Below the pieces are notes generated by a model. It saw only the letters and a list, made by a program, of their open reading frames with translations. It was not told where the DNA came from and did no database searches. A stretch of DNA of 64,000 nucleotides from Burkholderiales bacterium (GTDB lineage: Bacteria; Pseudomonadota; Gammaproteobacteria; Burkholderiales; SG8-39): positions 4,115 to 68,114 of the forward strand of contig DASXKY010000058.1 of NCBI GenBank assembly GCA_036496555.1, given 5' to 3'. Positions 9,357-20,192 of the stretch are shown here, in pieces. Within the stretch, counting starts at the first letter, position 1. Each line of letters opens with the position of its first letter. Made by a program: the position numbers and the translations under genes.

Positions 9357-9647
9357 GTGCTGTGTGTCGCCTGGGAGCTGTGGCTTGCGCCGCTGCGGCC
9401 CGGCGGCTCGCTGATGGCGCTCAAGGCTTTGCCGCTGACGGCGCCTCTCTCGGGCATCCTCTTCGCCAAGAGATACACCTATCAGTGGTCGAGCATGCTG
9501 ATCCTCGCCTACTTCGCCGAAGGCGCGATGCGTGCGTGGAGCGACGGCGGCCTGTCGCAGCGGCTCGCCCTCGCCGAGGTCGCGCTCAGCCTGCTGTTCT
9601 TCGCGGCGGCTGTGAACTACGCGCGTTTGACGCGGCCCGCCGCCTAG
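9357..9647 (+). CDS. DUF2069 membrane protein (start uncertain; may be further upstream)
   Basis: LKALPLTAPLSGILFAKRYTYQWSSMLILAYFAEG resembles DUF2069. The frame stays open upstream to about 9303, where only non-ATG starts are available. Confidence 0.55.
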   Translation: MLCVAWELWLAPLRPGGSLMALKALPLTAPLSGILFAKRYTYQWSSMLILAYFAEGAMRAWSDGGLSQRLALAEVALSLLFFAAAVNYARLTRPAA

Positions 9648-9659
9648 CTATGGACTAGC

Positions 9660-10085
9660 TCAGGGACAGCCGCGCAGCTGCTCGCGCAGCTCGGCGATCC
9701 GCTTGTCGCGCGCCTGGTCGTCCATGAAAGTGCCGTAGCCCGTGGCGTCGACCTGGACGATCCGGCGCACCGGCGCGGTGAGCCGGCTGTATTCCCGTTG
9801 CAGCGGCGCGCAGCGCTTGGCCTGAGCGGCGCGCTCCTTCTCCGCCTCGCGCTCGCGCGCGATCTGGCGGCGCCTGAAGTCTGCATCCTGGCCGCTGAGG
9901 TTCTCGTTGGGCGCACGCAGCTCGCCCGAGAGCGGCGGCTGCCCCTGGATGTCGACCTTGCCGTCCTTGGCGCCGCGGCACGGCTTATCGGAATAGCTGG
10001 TCACGCCGCGCTCGTCGACGCACTTGTACATCTGCGCGAGCGCGACCGCCGGCGCGAGCAGCAAGGCGAGGACGGCGAGTCTCAC
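9660..10085 (-). CDS. DUF4124 domain protein with signal peptide
   Basis: Signal peptide followed by MYKCVDERGVTSYSDKPC, the DUF4124 motif. Confidence 0.7.
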   Translation of the reverse strand: MRLAVLALLLAPAVALAQMYKCVDERGVTSYSDKPCRGAKDGKVDIQGQPPLSGELRAPNENLSGQDADFRRRQIAREREAEKERAAQAKRCAPLQREYSRLTAPVRRIVQVDATGYGTFMDDQARDKRIAELREQLRGCP

Positions 10086-10089
10086 GGCC

Positions 10090-10536
10090 TCATGGCTTGT
10101 CGGCGATCGAGCCCGACGGGAAGCGCGCGGAGCCGTAGCGCACCACCAGGTTCGCCAGCGCCAGCAGCAGGATCGCGCCCGCCACGATCAGGATCCCCCA
10201 GCCGGGCGTGTGGTGCGTCTGTATGTCCTCGAGCAACAATCGCGTGAGCGCAGTGATGCCGACGTAGATCAGGAAGCGCACCGGCATGCGCGTGGTCTTG
10301 AAGTAGATGCCGACCATCGCGCCGAGCTCGAGGTAGATGAACAGCAGCAGGATATCGCTGATCGAGGCGAGACCCGCCGCGCCCATGGCGATGAAGGCAT
10401 GCACCGCCGACCAGACGATGGCGCCGCCGATGGCGAACAGCGCGAGATAGTGGAAGCCGTCCACCAGCAGGCTGCCGAACGCCTCGGAGATGCTGTGCAT
10501 CCCCTGGTTCAGCCGCTTTATCTTTTCCATCGGCAT
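10090..10536 (-). CDS. psiE: Phosphate-starvation-inducible protein PsiE
   Basis: Four-TM protein with FLIYVGITALTRLLL, typical of PsiE. Start taken at MPMEKIK, codon 41 of track ORF 10090..10656. Confidence 0.75.
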   Translation of the reverse strand: MPMEKIKRLNQGMHSISEAFGSLLVDGFHYLALFAIGGAIVWSAVHAFIAMGAAGLASISDILLLFIYLELGAMVGIYFKTTRMPVRFLIYVGITALTRLLLEDIQTHHTPGWGILIVAGAILLLALANLVVRYGSARFPSGSIADKP

Positions 10537-10567
10537 GGCGCCCCCCTGTCCCCGCAGTATAAGTTCC

Positions 10568-12118
10568 CTAGATCTGATATTGCGGGTTGACGCGCTCGGC
10601 CTTGCTGGCGAGCTTGTTGAGCGCGCTGATGTAGGCCTTCGCCGAGGCGACCACAATGTCGGTGTCGGCGCCGACGCCGTTGACGATGCGCCCGCCCTTC
10701 GACAGCCGCACCGTCACCTCGCCCTGCGACTCGGTGCCCTGCGTCACCGCGTTCACCGAGTAGAGCAGCAGCTCGGCGCCGCTCTTCGCCAGCGCCTCGA
10801 TCGCCTTGAAGGTGGCGTCGACCGGGCCGTCGCCTTGCGCTTCCGCGCGATGCTCCTTGTTCTGCTCGAGCAGCACGACCGCGGCATGCGGCTTCTCGCC
10901 CATGCCGCTCGCCTGGTTCATGGTGACGAGCTGCCAGTGCTCTTCCGACGCGACGCCCGCTTCCTGCGCAACCAGCGCCAGCAGGTCCTCGTCGAAGATC
11001 TCAGCCTTCTTGTCGGCCAGGTCCTTGAAGCGCTGGAACGCCTTGTTGACCGCGTCGTCGCTCTCCAGCTCGACGCCGAGCTCCTTCAGGCGCTGCTTGA
11101 AGGCGTTCCGGCCGGAGAGCTTGCCGAGCACGATCTTGTTGGTGGTCCAGCCAACGTCCTCGGCAGTCATGATCTCGTAAGTCTCACGCGCCTTGAGCAC
11201 GCCGTCCTGATGGATGCCGGAGGCGTGCGCGAAGGCGTTGGCGCCCACCACCGCCTTGTTCGGCTGCACCACGAAGCCGGTGATCTGCGAGACCAGGCGC
11301 GAAGTAGGAACGATGTGCGTGGTATCAATCCTTGTATTTAATTCAAAAAAGTCTTTTCTGGTTCGGACGGCCATGACCACCTCCTCGAGCGAGGTGTTGC
11401 CGGCGCGCTCGCCGAGGCCGTTGATGGTGCACTCGATCTGCCGCGCGCCGCCGATCTTCACCGCTGCGAGCGAGTTGGCGACCGCCATGCCGAGGTCGTT
11501 GTGGCAATGCACCGACCAGACTGCTTTGCCTGAATTTGGGATTTTTTCTCTCAATCGTTTAATGAATTCCCCAAATTGTTCGGGAACGGCATATCCCACG
11601 GTATCGGGAACGTTGATGGTCGTGGCGCCCTCCTTGATCACCGCTTCCAGCACGCGGCAGAGGAAGTCGAAGTCGGAGCGGCTGCCGTCCTCGGGCGAGA
11701 ACTCGACGTCGGGACAGTGCTTCCTCGCGAAGCGCACGGAGAGCTTCGCTTGCTCGAACACCTGCTCGGGCGTCATGCGCAGCTTCTTCTCCATGTGCAG
11801 CGCGCTGGTGGCGATGAAGGTGTGGATGCGCCACGGCCCCTTCGCCTCCTTCAGCGCGTCGATGCCGCGCTGGATGTCGCGGTCGTTGGCGCGGCACAGG
11901 CCCGCCACCACGGAGTCCTTCACCATCCCGGCAATCGCCTTCACCGCCTCGAAGTCGCCGTTGGAGGAAGCCGGGAAGCCCGCCTCGATCACGTCGATTT
12001 TCATCCGCTCCAGGGCGCGCGCTATGCGCAGCTTCTCGTCCTTGGTCATGGACGCGCCCGGGCTCTGCTCGCCGTCGCGCATGGTGGTGTCGAAAATGAT
12101 CAAGTTGTCGTTAGGCAT
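10568..12118 (-). CDS. leuA: 2-isopropylmalate synthase
   Basis: [30 protein letters not shown], and a C-terminal LeuA dimerisation/regulatory domain. 516 aa. Confidence 0.97.
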   Translation of the reverse strand: MPNDNLIIFDTTMRDGEQSPGASMTKDEKLRIARALERMKIDVIEAGFPASSNGDFEAVKAIAGMVKDSVVAGLCRANDRDIQRGIDALKEAKGPWRIHTFIATSALHMEKKLRMTPEQVFEQAKLSVRFARKHCPDVEFSPEDGSRSDFDFLCRVLEAVIKEGATTINVPDTVGYAVPEQFGEFIKRLREKIPNSGKAVWSVHCHNDLGMAVANSLAAVKIGGARQIECTINGLGERAGNTSLEEVVMAVRTRKDFFELNTRIDTTHIVPTSRLVSQITGFVVQPNKAVVGANAFAHASGIHQDGVLKARETYEIMTAEDVGWTTNKIVLGKLSGRNAFKQRLKELGVELESDDAVNKAFQRFKDLADKKAEIFDEDLLALVAQEAGVASEEHWQLVTMNQASGMGEKPHAAVVLLEQNKEHRAEAQGDGPVDATFKAIEALAKSGAELLLYSVNAVTQGTESQGEVTVRLSKGGRIVNGVGADTDIVVASAKAYISALNKLASKAERVNPQYQI

Positions 12119-12310
12119 GTCCGTTCCCTCGGTATAGATGGACTGGTCCCTCGGCCTTGTGGGCCGGGTCGCTACTCAAATTGTGGATAGGGGGATTAGC
12201 GCGCGGGGCGCAGCAGCAGGCCCAGCGCGAGGAGCGCCGAGAGGAGGACCGCGAGAAGCATGGCCTGTTGCATGGAGGCGACTATAGCCGCTGGAATGCG
12301 CGCTGGCAAG

Positions 12311-13477
12311 CTAGCGCCCGGCGCGCTCGAGCAGGCGCCGGGCGATGATCAGGCGCTGCATCTCGTTGGTCCCTTCGCCGATGCACAGGAGCGGCGCGTC
12401 GCGGTACAGGCGCTCGACCGCGAATTCCTTCGAGTAGCCGTAGCCGCCATGGATGCGCATCGCCTCGTGGGCGTTCTCGAACGCCGCCTCGGTGGCAAAG
12501 TACTTCGCCATGCCCGCTTCCAGGTCGCAGCGCTCGCCCCGGTCGTAGGTCTCGGCGGCGTTGCGCACGAGGAGCCGCGCGGCCTCCAGCCGCGTCGCCA
12601 TCTCGGCGAGCTTGAGCTGGATCGCCTGGTGCTCGCAGATCGGCTTGCCGAAGGTCTCCCGGCTACGCGAGTACTTCAGCGCTTCGGCGAGCGCGGCGGC
12701 GGCGATGCCCACGCCGCGCGCAGCCACGTTGATACGGCCGAGCTCGAGCCCACCCACCGCCTGCTGGAAGCCGCGCCCTTCGTCGCCGATCAGGTTGGCG
12801 GCGGGCACCCGGTAGTCCTGGAAGACGAGCTCGGCCGAATCGATGCCCTTGTAGCCCAGCTTCTCGAGCTTGCGTCCGGCACTGAAGCCGGCGCCCTTCT
12901 CGCAGAGCAGCAGGCTCATGCCGCGGTGACGCGGCTCGGCCGCAGGGTCGGTTTTCACCAGGACCGCGAAGCACGAGCCCTGGATGCCGTTGGAGATCCA
13001 GGTCTTCGTGCCGTTCAGCACGTAGTGCTCGCCATCGCGCCGCGCGCGCGTGCGGATCGCCTGCAGATCGGTCCCCGCGTTCGGCTCCGTGAGTGCAAGG
13101 CCGCCGCGGATCTCGCCGCTCGCGAACCTGGGAAGGTACTTTTCCTTCAGCGCCGCCGAGCCGTACTTCTCGACCAGCAGCGCCATCATCAGGTGCGAGT
13201 TGAAGATGCCGGTAAGCGACATCCACACCTCGGAAATGCGCGCGACGATGCGCGCATAGAGCTGCGCGGAGAGGCCGAGGCCGCCGTAGGCCGGATCGAT
13301 GGTGGCGCCGAACAGGCCTAGCACCTTCATCTGCTCGACCAGCTCTGCCGGCCAGACGTCGTCGCGCTCGAGCTGCATGACGCGCGGCGCCACCTCGCGC
13401 GCGAGCCAGCGGTCGACCGCGTCGAGGATCGGCGCCGCTTCCGCGGCCGCATCCGCCATCTCGCGCTGCGCCGGCAA
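12311..13477 (-). CDS. Acyl-CoA dehydrogenase
   Basis: ALTEPNAGTDLQAI, KTWISNG and the C-terminal IGEGTNEMQRLIIAR are ACAD family signatures. Confidence 0.92.
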   Translation of the reverse strand: MPAQREMADAAAEAAPILDAVDRWLAREVAPRVMQLERDDVWPAELVEQMKVLGLFGATIDPAYGGLGLSAQLYARIVARISEVWMSLTGIFNSHLMMALLVEKYGSAALKEKYLPRFASGEIRGGLALTEPNAGTDLQAIRTRARRDGEHYVLNGTKTWISNGIQGSCFAVLVKTDPAAEPRHRGMSLLLCEKGAGFSAGRKLEKLGYKGIDSAELVFQDYRVPAANLIGDEGRGFQQAVGGLELGRINVAARGVGIAAAALAEALKYSRSRETFGKPICEHQAIQLKLAEMATRLEAARLLVRNAAETYDRGERCDLEAGMAKYFATEAAFENAHEAMRIHGGYGYSKEFAVERLYRDAPLLCIGEGTNEMQRLIIARRLLERAGR

Positions 13478-13480
13478 CTT

Positions 13481-13996
13481 TCAGCCCGCCTTGATCACTC
13501 CGCAGGCGATGCGCGCGCCGGAGTTGCCGGTCGGCTGCGTCTTGTAGTCGTCGGGGTCGGCATGGATGATCAGCCCGCGGCCGACGATGCTGGCCGGCCC
13601 CGGCGCGATGCTGACGCCCTCCAGGTCGGCCTCGAGCGCGGCGTGGCCGCCCTTGTCGGCCTGCAGCGCGGGCAGGTCGCCGGCGTGGTGCTCGGCGGAG
13701 GCCGGATCACCGTGCGGCTTGGCGCCGGGGTTGAAGTGCCCTTTGGCGCTCATGCCGTCGTCCGAGCTGCAGTCGCCGGCCTCATGGATGTGGAAGCCGT
13801 GCGTCTGCCCCGGCTTGAGTCCCTGGGCGAGGACGCTGATATGAACCTTGTTTCCCACCTGCTCGAAGGTCACCTCCCCGGCGGCCTTGTTCCCCTTGGT
13901 TGGCTGCAGCGCAGCAGTCGCGCGCAACGGCTCCTCGGGAACACTCTGGCAGCCGGCGAGGATCGCCCCGCAAGCGGCTACGACGACGAATCTCAT
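13481..13996 (-). CDS. sodC: Cu,Zn superoxide dismutase (lipoprotein)
   Basis: Lipobox LAGC. Also GFHIHEAGDC, GHFNP, HAGDLP and GARIACGVI. Confidence 0.93.
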   Translation of the reverse strand: MRFVVVAACGAILAGCQSVPEEPLRATAALQPTKGNKAAGEVTFEQVGNKVHISVLAQGLKPGQTHGFHIHEAGDCSSDDGMSAKGHFNPGAKPHGDPASAEHHAGDLPALQADKGGHAALEADLEGVSIAPGPASIVGRGLIIHADPDDYKTQPTGNSGARIACGVIKAG

Positions 13997-14102
13997 GATG
14001 TTCTTCCTCCGAACTACAATTTACACTTAATCCAGTCGGGCACGTAAGCGGGCGGCACAACCGCGGCGCCCCGGGTCAGGGAGACCTCTAGGAGGAGGAA
14101 CG

Positions 14103-15221
14103 ATGGAACGCAACACGGTACGTCTGTACGCGGGTGCGGCGCTGGCTGCGCTGGTCTCGCTTTACGCACTGCCCGGCGCGCAGGCGCAGGCGCCGAAGCC
14201 GGTCGTCCTGCGCTTCGCCGCCGACTTCACGCCGCCGCCGCACCCGGCCGGCATGGCGATGAAGTTCTTCGCCGAGCGCCTGCCGCAGGTCATCCCGGGC
14301 AGCGAGGCGCGCATCTACTATGCCGGCGCCCTCTACACGATCCCGGAGGCCTTCGAGGCGATGAAGCGCGGCAACCTCGAGATGGCGTGGATGCAGATGG
14401 GCAAGGCGGCGCCGGTCGATCCATGGATGATGACGGTGGTCGGCCCCGGGGTCATGACCACGGTCGGCGCGGTCGACAGCGTCGAAAAGACCTCGACCTA
14501 CAAGATGCTGGTCGAGCGCATGGACAAGAACCAGAACATCAAGGTGCTCGGCACGGCGCAGATGAGCTTCGGCATGGGCGTAGGCGGCTCCAAGCGCTAT
14601 CTCAGGCCTGACGACTTCACCGGGCGCAAGCTGCGCAGCATGGGCCCGGTCGAGAACGCCTCGCTGCAGTCGTGGAAGGCGTCGCCGGTCGTGATGGCTT
14701 TCGGCGAGGTGCCGAGCGCGCTGCAGTCGGGCGTGATCGACGGCCTGATGACCAGTATCGGCGGCTGGCTCTCGGTGCGGGAGCAGGCGCCTTTCTACAC
14801 TACCGGCGGTGCCGGCGCGTTCACCGGCGACTACTACATGATCGCCGCCAGCAAGCGCTGGTGGAACCGCCTCACGCCGGCGACGCAGGCGGCGATCGAG
14901 AAGGTGGTGCAGGAGACGATCCAGACCGAGAAGCAGTACAACTGGTGCGTCGATCGCCTGACCTACGAGAAGTACGGCACCAAGGACCCGTCCAAGCCCG
15001 GCGTGTACTGGATGACGCCGCAGGAGGTCACTGCCATGACTGACGCGGTGGGCGACGCCTCGATCCGCTACGTGAAGAGCAAGATCCCGGCAGATGCCGC
15101 GCCCTGGCTCGACCGCTTCGTCAAGGAAGGCCGCGAGCTGTCCAAGGAGAACCCGCCGGGGTCGTCCTGGATCGAGAAGGTCGACTGCTCGAAGTTCGCC
15201 TCGGTGATCCACATCAAGTAG
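14103..15221 (+). CDS. TRAP transporter substrate-binding protein (DctP family)
   Basis: Signal peptide, about 370 aa, and position immediately upstream of the small and large TRAP permease genes. Confidence 0.85.
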   Translation: MERNTVRLYAGAALAALVSLYALPGAQAQAPKPVVLRFAADFTPPPHPAGMAMKFFAERLPQVIPGSEARIYYAGALYTIPEAFEAMKRGNLEMAWMQMGKAAPVDPWMMTVVGPGVMTTVGAVDSVEKTSTYKMLVERMDKNQNIKVLGTAQMSFGMGVGGSKRYLRPDDFTGRKLRSMGPVENASLQSWKASPVVMAFGEVPSALQSGVIDGLMTSIGGWLSVREQAPFYTTGGAGAFTGDYYMIAASKRWWNRLTPATQAAIEKVVQETIQTEKQYNWCVDRLTYEKYGTKDPSKPGVYWMTPQEVTAMTDAVGDASIRYVKSKIPADAAPWLDRFVKEGRELSKENPPGSSWIEKVDCSKFASVIHIK

Positions 15222-15781
15222 TGGAGAAGGCTTACGCCTTCTGGCGGGCGCTGCAGGACCATCTGCTCGCGCCCGCCGCCGCCCTGCTGCTCCTCGGCTG
15301 CACCCTCCTCGCTTTGCTCGAGGTGGTGCGCCGCTACGTCTTCGGCGTGTCTTACGAGTGGCAGCAGGACGCGGTCACCTACTTTCTGCTGAGCGCGGTG
15401 TTCCTCTACTTCGGCATCTCGCAGCGCCGCGGCACGCACCTGACGGTCGACATCTTCGTGCACGCCGCGCGCTCGATCGGCCCGCGCGCGAGGCGCGCCA
15501 CCGAGTACGTCGAGGTCGGCGCGACGATCTTCGCCTTCCTGTTCATGCTCGGCGTGGTCTGGTGGGGATCCGAGGAGGTGCTGGAGGTGCAGCGCGACGC
15601 GCCGCGCACCGAGAGCCTGGAGTTCCCGCTCGCGCCCTTCCTCTGGGTGCTGCTCCTCGGTTTCGCCGGCATGGCGATCTCGCTGTTCTTCCAGTCCTGG
15701 CGCGGCATCCAGAAGCTGCGCGGCCGCGAGGTGCTGGTCGAGCCCGCCGATCCGCACGACATAAAGGACCTGGTGGACTGA
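15221..15781 (+). CDS. TRAP transporter small permease (DctQ family)
   Basis: 186-aa four-TM protein. Its GTG start overlaps the stop of the binding-protein gene by 1 nt. Confidence 0.85.
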   Translation: MEKAYAFWRALQDHLLAPAAALLLLGCTLLALLEVVRRYVFGVSYEWQQDAVTYFLLSAVFLYFGISQRRGTHLTVDIFVHAARSIGPRARRATEYVEVGATIFAFLFMLGVVWWGSEEVLEVQRDAPRTESLEFPLAPFLWVLLLGFAGMAISLFFQSWRGIQKLRGREVLVEPADPHDIKDLVD

Positions 15782-17065
15782 ATGGCCCTGATCGCCGTCG
15801 TGGTCTTCGTCCTGCTGATCCTGAGCGTGCCGATCGGCATCGCGCTCTCCGGCGCCGCGCTCACCTACATCATGGTCGATCCGCTGCTCGAGCCGACGGT
15901 GGTGTTCCGCGCCTTCTTCAACTTCATCTCGAAGTACACGCTGATGGCGATCCCGCTGTTCATCTTCGCCGGCTTCCTGACGGAGCGCACCGGGCTGGTC
16001 GCGCTGCTGTTCGAGTTCGCCGACGCGCTGGTCGGCTGGCTGCCGGGCGGCTTCGGCATCGCCACCATCCTCGCCTGCGTCATCTTCGCCGCCATCTCGG
16101 GCTCGAGCGTGGCGATGGCGGCGGCGATGAGCGTGATCGCGATCCCGGAGATGCTCAAGCGCGGGTATCCGCCTTGGGTCGCCAGCGGCCTGGTGGCAAC
16201 CAGCGGCGGCATCGCCATCCTGATCCCGCCGAGCATCCCGCTGATTCTCTATGGCATCGTCACCGAGACTTCGGTGGTGGATCTGTTCTTCGCCGGCGTG
16301 ATCCCGGGGCTGCTGCTCGCGCTCGCCAACGTCGCCACCATCGTCTTCCTCGCCTGGAAGCTGAAGCTGCAGCGCGGCGTGTTCGACGCGAAGCGGCTGT
16401 GGCCGGCGACGCGGGCGGCGCTGCCGGCGTTCGGCATGCCGGTGCTGATTCTCGGCGGGCTCTACGGCGGCCTGTTCACCCCGACCGAAGCCGCTGCCGC
16501 GGCCTGCGGCTATGCGCTGATCTACGGCCTGATCACGCGCGGCCGCGCCTTCCTGCGCGACCTGCCGCCGGTGCTCTACCGCTCGCTCAACCTCGCCGCG
16601 GTGATCCTGTTCCTCGTCGGCTGCGTCGGCGTGTTCCAGTTCCTCGCCGCCAACCTGTACTGGCCGCAGACCATCACCCACACCGTGGCTTCGTGGGGAT
16701 TGAGCCCGGTCGGCTTCATCTTCACGTTCATCGCGCTGGAGATGGTCCTTGGCTGCTTCGTCGACGGCGTGGCGATGATCCTGCTCACCATCCCGGTCAT
16801 CTATCCGGTCGCGCAAGCCATGAAGATCGACCTGGTCCACCTCGGCATCATGATGACGCTCACCGTGGAGATGAGCCTGGTCACGCCGCCGGTCGGCCTG
16901 AACCTGTTCGCGGTGAGCGGCGTGTCGAAGATCCCGGTCTCCGAGGTGGTGAAGGGCTCGATACCGTTTTTTCTCACCGACGCCCTGGTGCTGCTCGCGG
17001 TGGTGTTTGTGCCGGCGCTGGCGACCTGGCTGCCCAGCGTACTGGTTCAGTCCGCGTTCAAGTAG
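15782..17065 (+). CDS. TRAP transporter large permease (DctM family)
   Basis: 427-aa polytopic protein. AISGSSVAMAAAMSVIAIPEM and MSLVTPPVGLNLF are DctM-type motifs. Confidence 0.92.
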   Translation: MALIAVVVFVLLILSVPIGIALSGAALTYIMVDPLLEPTVVFRAFFNFISKYTLMAIPLFIFAGFLTERTGLVALLFEFADALVGWLPGGFGIATILACVIFAAISGSSVAMAAAMSVIAIPEMLKRGYPPWVASGLVATSGGIAILIPPSIPLILYGIVTETSVVDLFFAGVIPGLLLALANVATIVFLAWKLKLQRGVFDAKRLWPATRAALPAFGMPVLILGGLYGGLFTPTEAAAAACGYALIYGLITRGRAFLRDLPPVLYRSLNLAAVILFLVGCVGVFQFLAANLYWPQTITHTVASWGLSPVGFIFTFIALEMVLGCFVDGVAMILLTIPVIYPVAQAMKIDLVHLGIMMTLTVEMSLVTPPVGLNLFAVSGVSKIPVSEVVKGSIPFFLTDALVLLAVVFVPALATWLPSVLVQSAFK

Positions 17066-17073
17066 CGCCCGCG

Positions 17074-17868
17074 CTATTCGTCGGGCAACACCGAGCGCAC
17101 GCGGTGCCCCATCGCCCACATCACGTAGCCGGAGAGCGAGTAGCCGAAGAACAGCAGGAACAGGATCACCGGGGGCTTGAAGGAGACGACGGCGAAGCCG
17201 ATCACGCAGGCGAGGATCACCCAGAGGGGCACGCGCTTCCTCCAGTTGACCTCCTTGAAGCTCCAGAACGGCACGTTGAGCACCATCGTCACGCCGGCGA
17301 AGACCGCCACCACCCAGCAGGCGCCCGCCAGCCAGTAGGAGTTGTCGGGATCGAAGCCGAGCTCGGTCAGCGCCCAGATGAAGCCGGCGAGGACCGCCGC
17401 GCCCGAGGGGCTCGGCATGCCCTGGAAGTAGCGCTTGTCGACCACGCCGATATTGGCGTTGAAGCGTGCCAGCCGGATGCCGGCGGCGGCGCAGTAGATG
17501 AAGGCGCCGATCCAGCCCGCGGTGCCGAGCTCCTTCAGCGCCCATTCGTAGGCGATCAGCGCCGGCGCGGCGCCGAAGGCGACCATGTCGGCGATGCTGT
17601 CGTATTGCGCGCCGAACTCGCTCTGCGTATGGGTCCAGCGCGCGACGCGGCCGTCCATGCCATCGAGCACCAAGGCGACGAAGATGGCGGTGCCGGCGGT
17701 GTCGAAGCGGCCGTTGATCGCCTGCACGATGGCGAAGAAGCCGGCGAAAAGGACGCCGGTGGTGAAGAGATTGGGCAGCAGGTAGATGCCGCGGCGGCGC
17801 AGGCCGCCGAGGCCGCCGCCGGGGCGCTCGCCGTTCAGCTCCGCGTCGAAGTCGTCGTCTTCAGCCAT
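17074..17868 (-). CDS. pssA: CDP-diacylglycerol--serine O-phosphatidyltransferase
   Basis: [26 protein letters not shown] is the CDP-alcohol phosphatidyltransferase motif. Sits next to psd. Confidence 0.92.
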   Translation of the reverse strand: MAEDDDFDAELNGERPGGGLGGLRRRGIYLLPNLFTTGVLFAGFFAIVQAINGRFDTAGTAIFVALVLDGMDGRVARWTHTQSEFGAQYDSIADMVAFGAAPALIAYEWALKELGTAGWIGAFIYCAAAGIRLARFNANIGVVDKRYFQGMPSPSGAAVLAGFIWALTELGFDPDNSYWLAGACWVVAVFAGVTMVLNVPFWSFKEVNWRKRVPLWVILACVIGFAVVSFKPPVILFLLFFGYSLSGYVMWAMGHRVRSVLPDE

Positions 17869-18499
17869 GCCAGCACGCTTTCGGCAGCGTACACCTTGTC
17901 GCCGAGGGCCGCCTTGACCTCGGCGTCAGGCGGCAGGTAGACGTCCACCCGCGAGCCGAAGCGGATGAAGCCGTAGCGCTCGCCGCGCACCAGGCTCGTT
18001 CCGGGCTGCACGTAGCAAAGGATGCGCCGCGCGATCAGCCCCGCCACCTGAACGCACGTGACGTCGGCGCCGCCCGTGGTGCGCAGCCACAGCGCGTTGC
18101 GCTCGTTCTCGAGCGAGGCCTTGTCGAGCGCGGCGTTGACGAACGCGCCGGGAAAGTACCAGCGCTCCCTCACCGCGCCGTCGACCGGCGAACGGTTGGA
18201 GTGCACGTTGAAGACGTTCATGAACACGCTGATCTTCAGCGCGTCGCGCTTGAGATACGGGTCCTGCGCCCGGCTCACCTCGACGATGCGGCCGTCGGCG
18301 GGGGACACCACCGCGCGCGGGTCGTCTGGCACCTCGCGCGGCGGATCGCGGAAGAACTGCAGGACGAAGGCGCTCGCGAGCCAGAACGGCAGGGACCACC
18401 ACGAGAAAAAATACGTTACCAGGAATGAGACAACGACTGCAGCGGCCAGGAAGGGCCAGCCTTCCCGGGCGACGAGCGGATGCGGATACGGCGGCCGCA

Positions 18500-18500
<1 letters not shown>
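17835..18500 (-). CDS. psd: Phosphatidylserine decarboxylase proenzyme (short type)
   Basis: [14 protein letters not shown]-terminus and [10 protein letters not shown], a GS self-cleavage motif. GTG start at 18500 (codon 45 of track ORF 17835..18632) overlaps the stop of the upstream small ORF (TAGTG). Confidence 0.85.
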
Positions 18501-19697
<1,197 letters not shown>

Positions 19698-20192
19698 TTA
19701 AACACGCAGGACGCGACTGCCGCGTCCTATGCCGCTTGCCCCGGTTCGCACGGTCTCGATGATCGAGCCCTGGTCGAGCGACTTGATGAAGGCGTCGAGC
19801 TTGGCGCCGTTGCCGGTGAGCTCGATGGTGTAGGTGTTGTCGGACACGTCGATGATGCGGCCGCGGAAGATGTCGGCCATGCGCTTCATGTCCTCGCGTT
19901 CCTTCTGGCCGGCGCGCACCTTGATCAGCATCAGCTCGCGCTCGATGTGCTCGGCCTCCGACAGGTCGATCACCTTGACGATCTCGATCAGCTTGTTCAG
20001 CTGCTTGGTGATCTGCTCGACCACGTCCTCCGAGCCGGTGGTGACGATGGTCATGCGCGACATCGAGGCGTCCTCGGTCGGCGCCACGGTGAGCGACTCG
20101 ATGTTGTAGCCGCGCGCCGAGAACAGGCCGGCGATGCGCGAAAGCGCGCCCGCCTCGTTCTCCACGAGGACGCTGATGATGTGACGGCTCAC
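19698..20192 (-). CDS. ilvH: Acetolactate synthase small (regulatory) subunit
   Basis: RHIISVLVENEAGALSRIAGLFSARGYNIESLTV is an ACT domain. GTG start at 20192 overlaps the ilvI stop (GTGA). It is the last 164 codons of track ORF 19698..21938. Confidence 0.93.
   Translation of the reverse strand: MSRHIISVLVENEAGALSRIAGLFSARGYNIESLTVAPTEDASMSRMTIVTTGSEDVVEQITKQLNKLIEIVKVIDLSEAEHIERELMLIKVRAGQKEREDMKRMADIFRGRIIDVSDNTYTIELTGNGAKLDAFIKSLDQGSIIETVRTGASGIGRGSRVLRV

Noticed and set aside
12119-12195. A possible rho-independent attenuator between the Leu-rich mini-ORF and leuA.
   Set aside because: Only a short bulged stem (around CGGCC-CACAA-GGCCG) is present and no U-run follows it. I therefore do not annotate a terminator or attenuator; the mini-ORF is reported only as a low-confidence observation.
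12157-13321. Plus-strand ORFs 12157..12348 and 12260..13321 near the leuA upstream region.
   Set aside because: The long one is antisense to the acyl-CoA dehydrogenase gene. The short one is Arg/Glu/Ala-rich with no ribosome-binding site.
15068-17940. Very long track ORFs 15068..17545(-) of 825 aa and 15358..17940(+) of 860 aa, spanning the TRAP permease and pssA genes.
   Set aside because: Their products are Arg/Gly/Ala/Pro/Asp-rich low-complexity strings typical of off-frame or antisense translation of high-GC DNA. The same DNA encodes clearly recognisable DctQ, DctM and PssA proteins in other frames.
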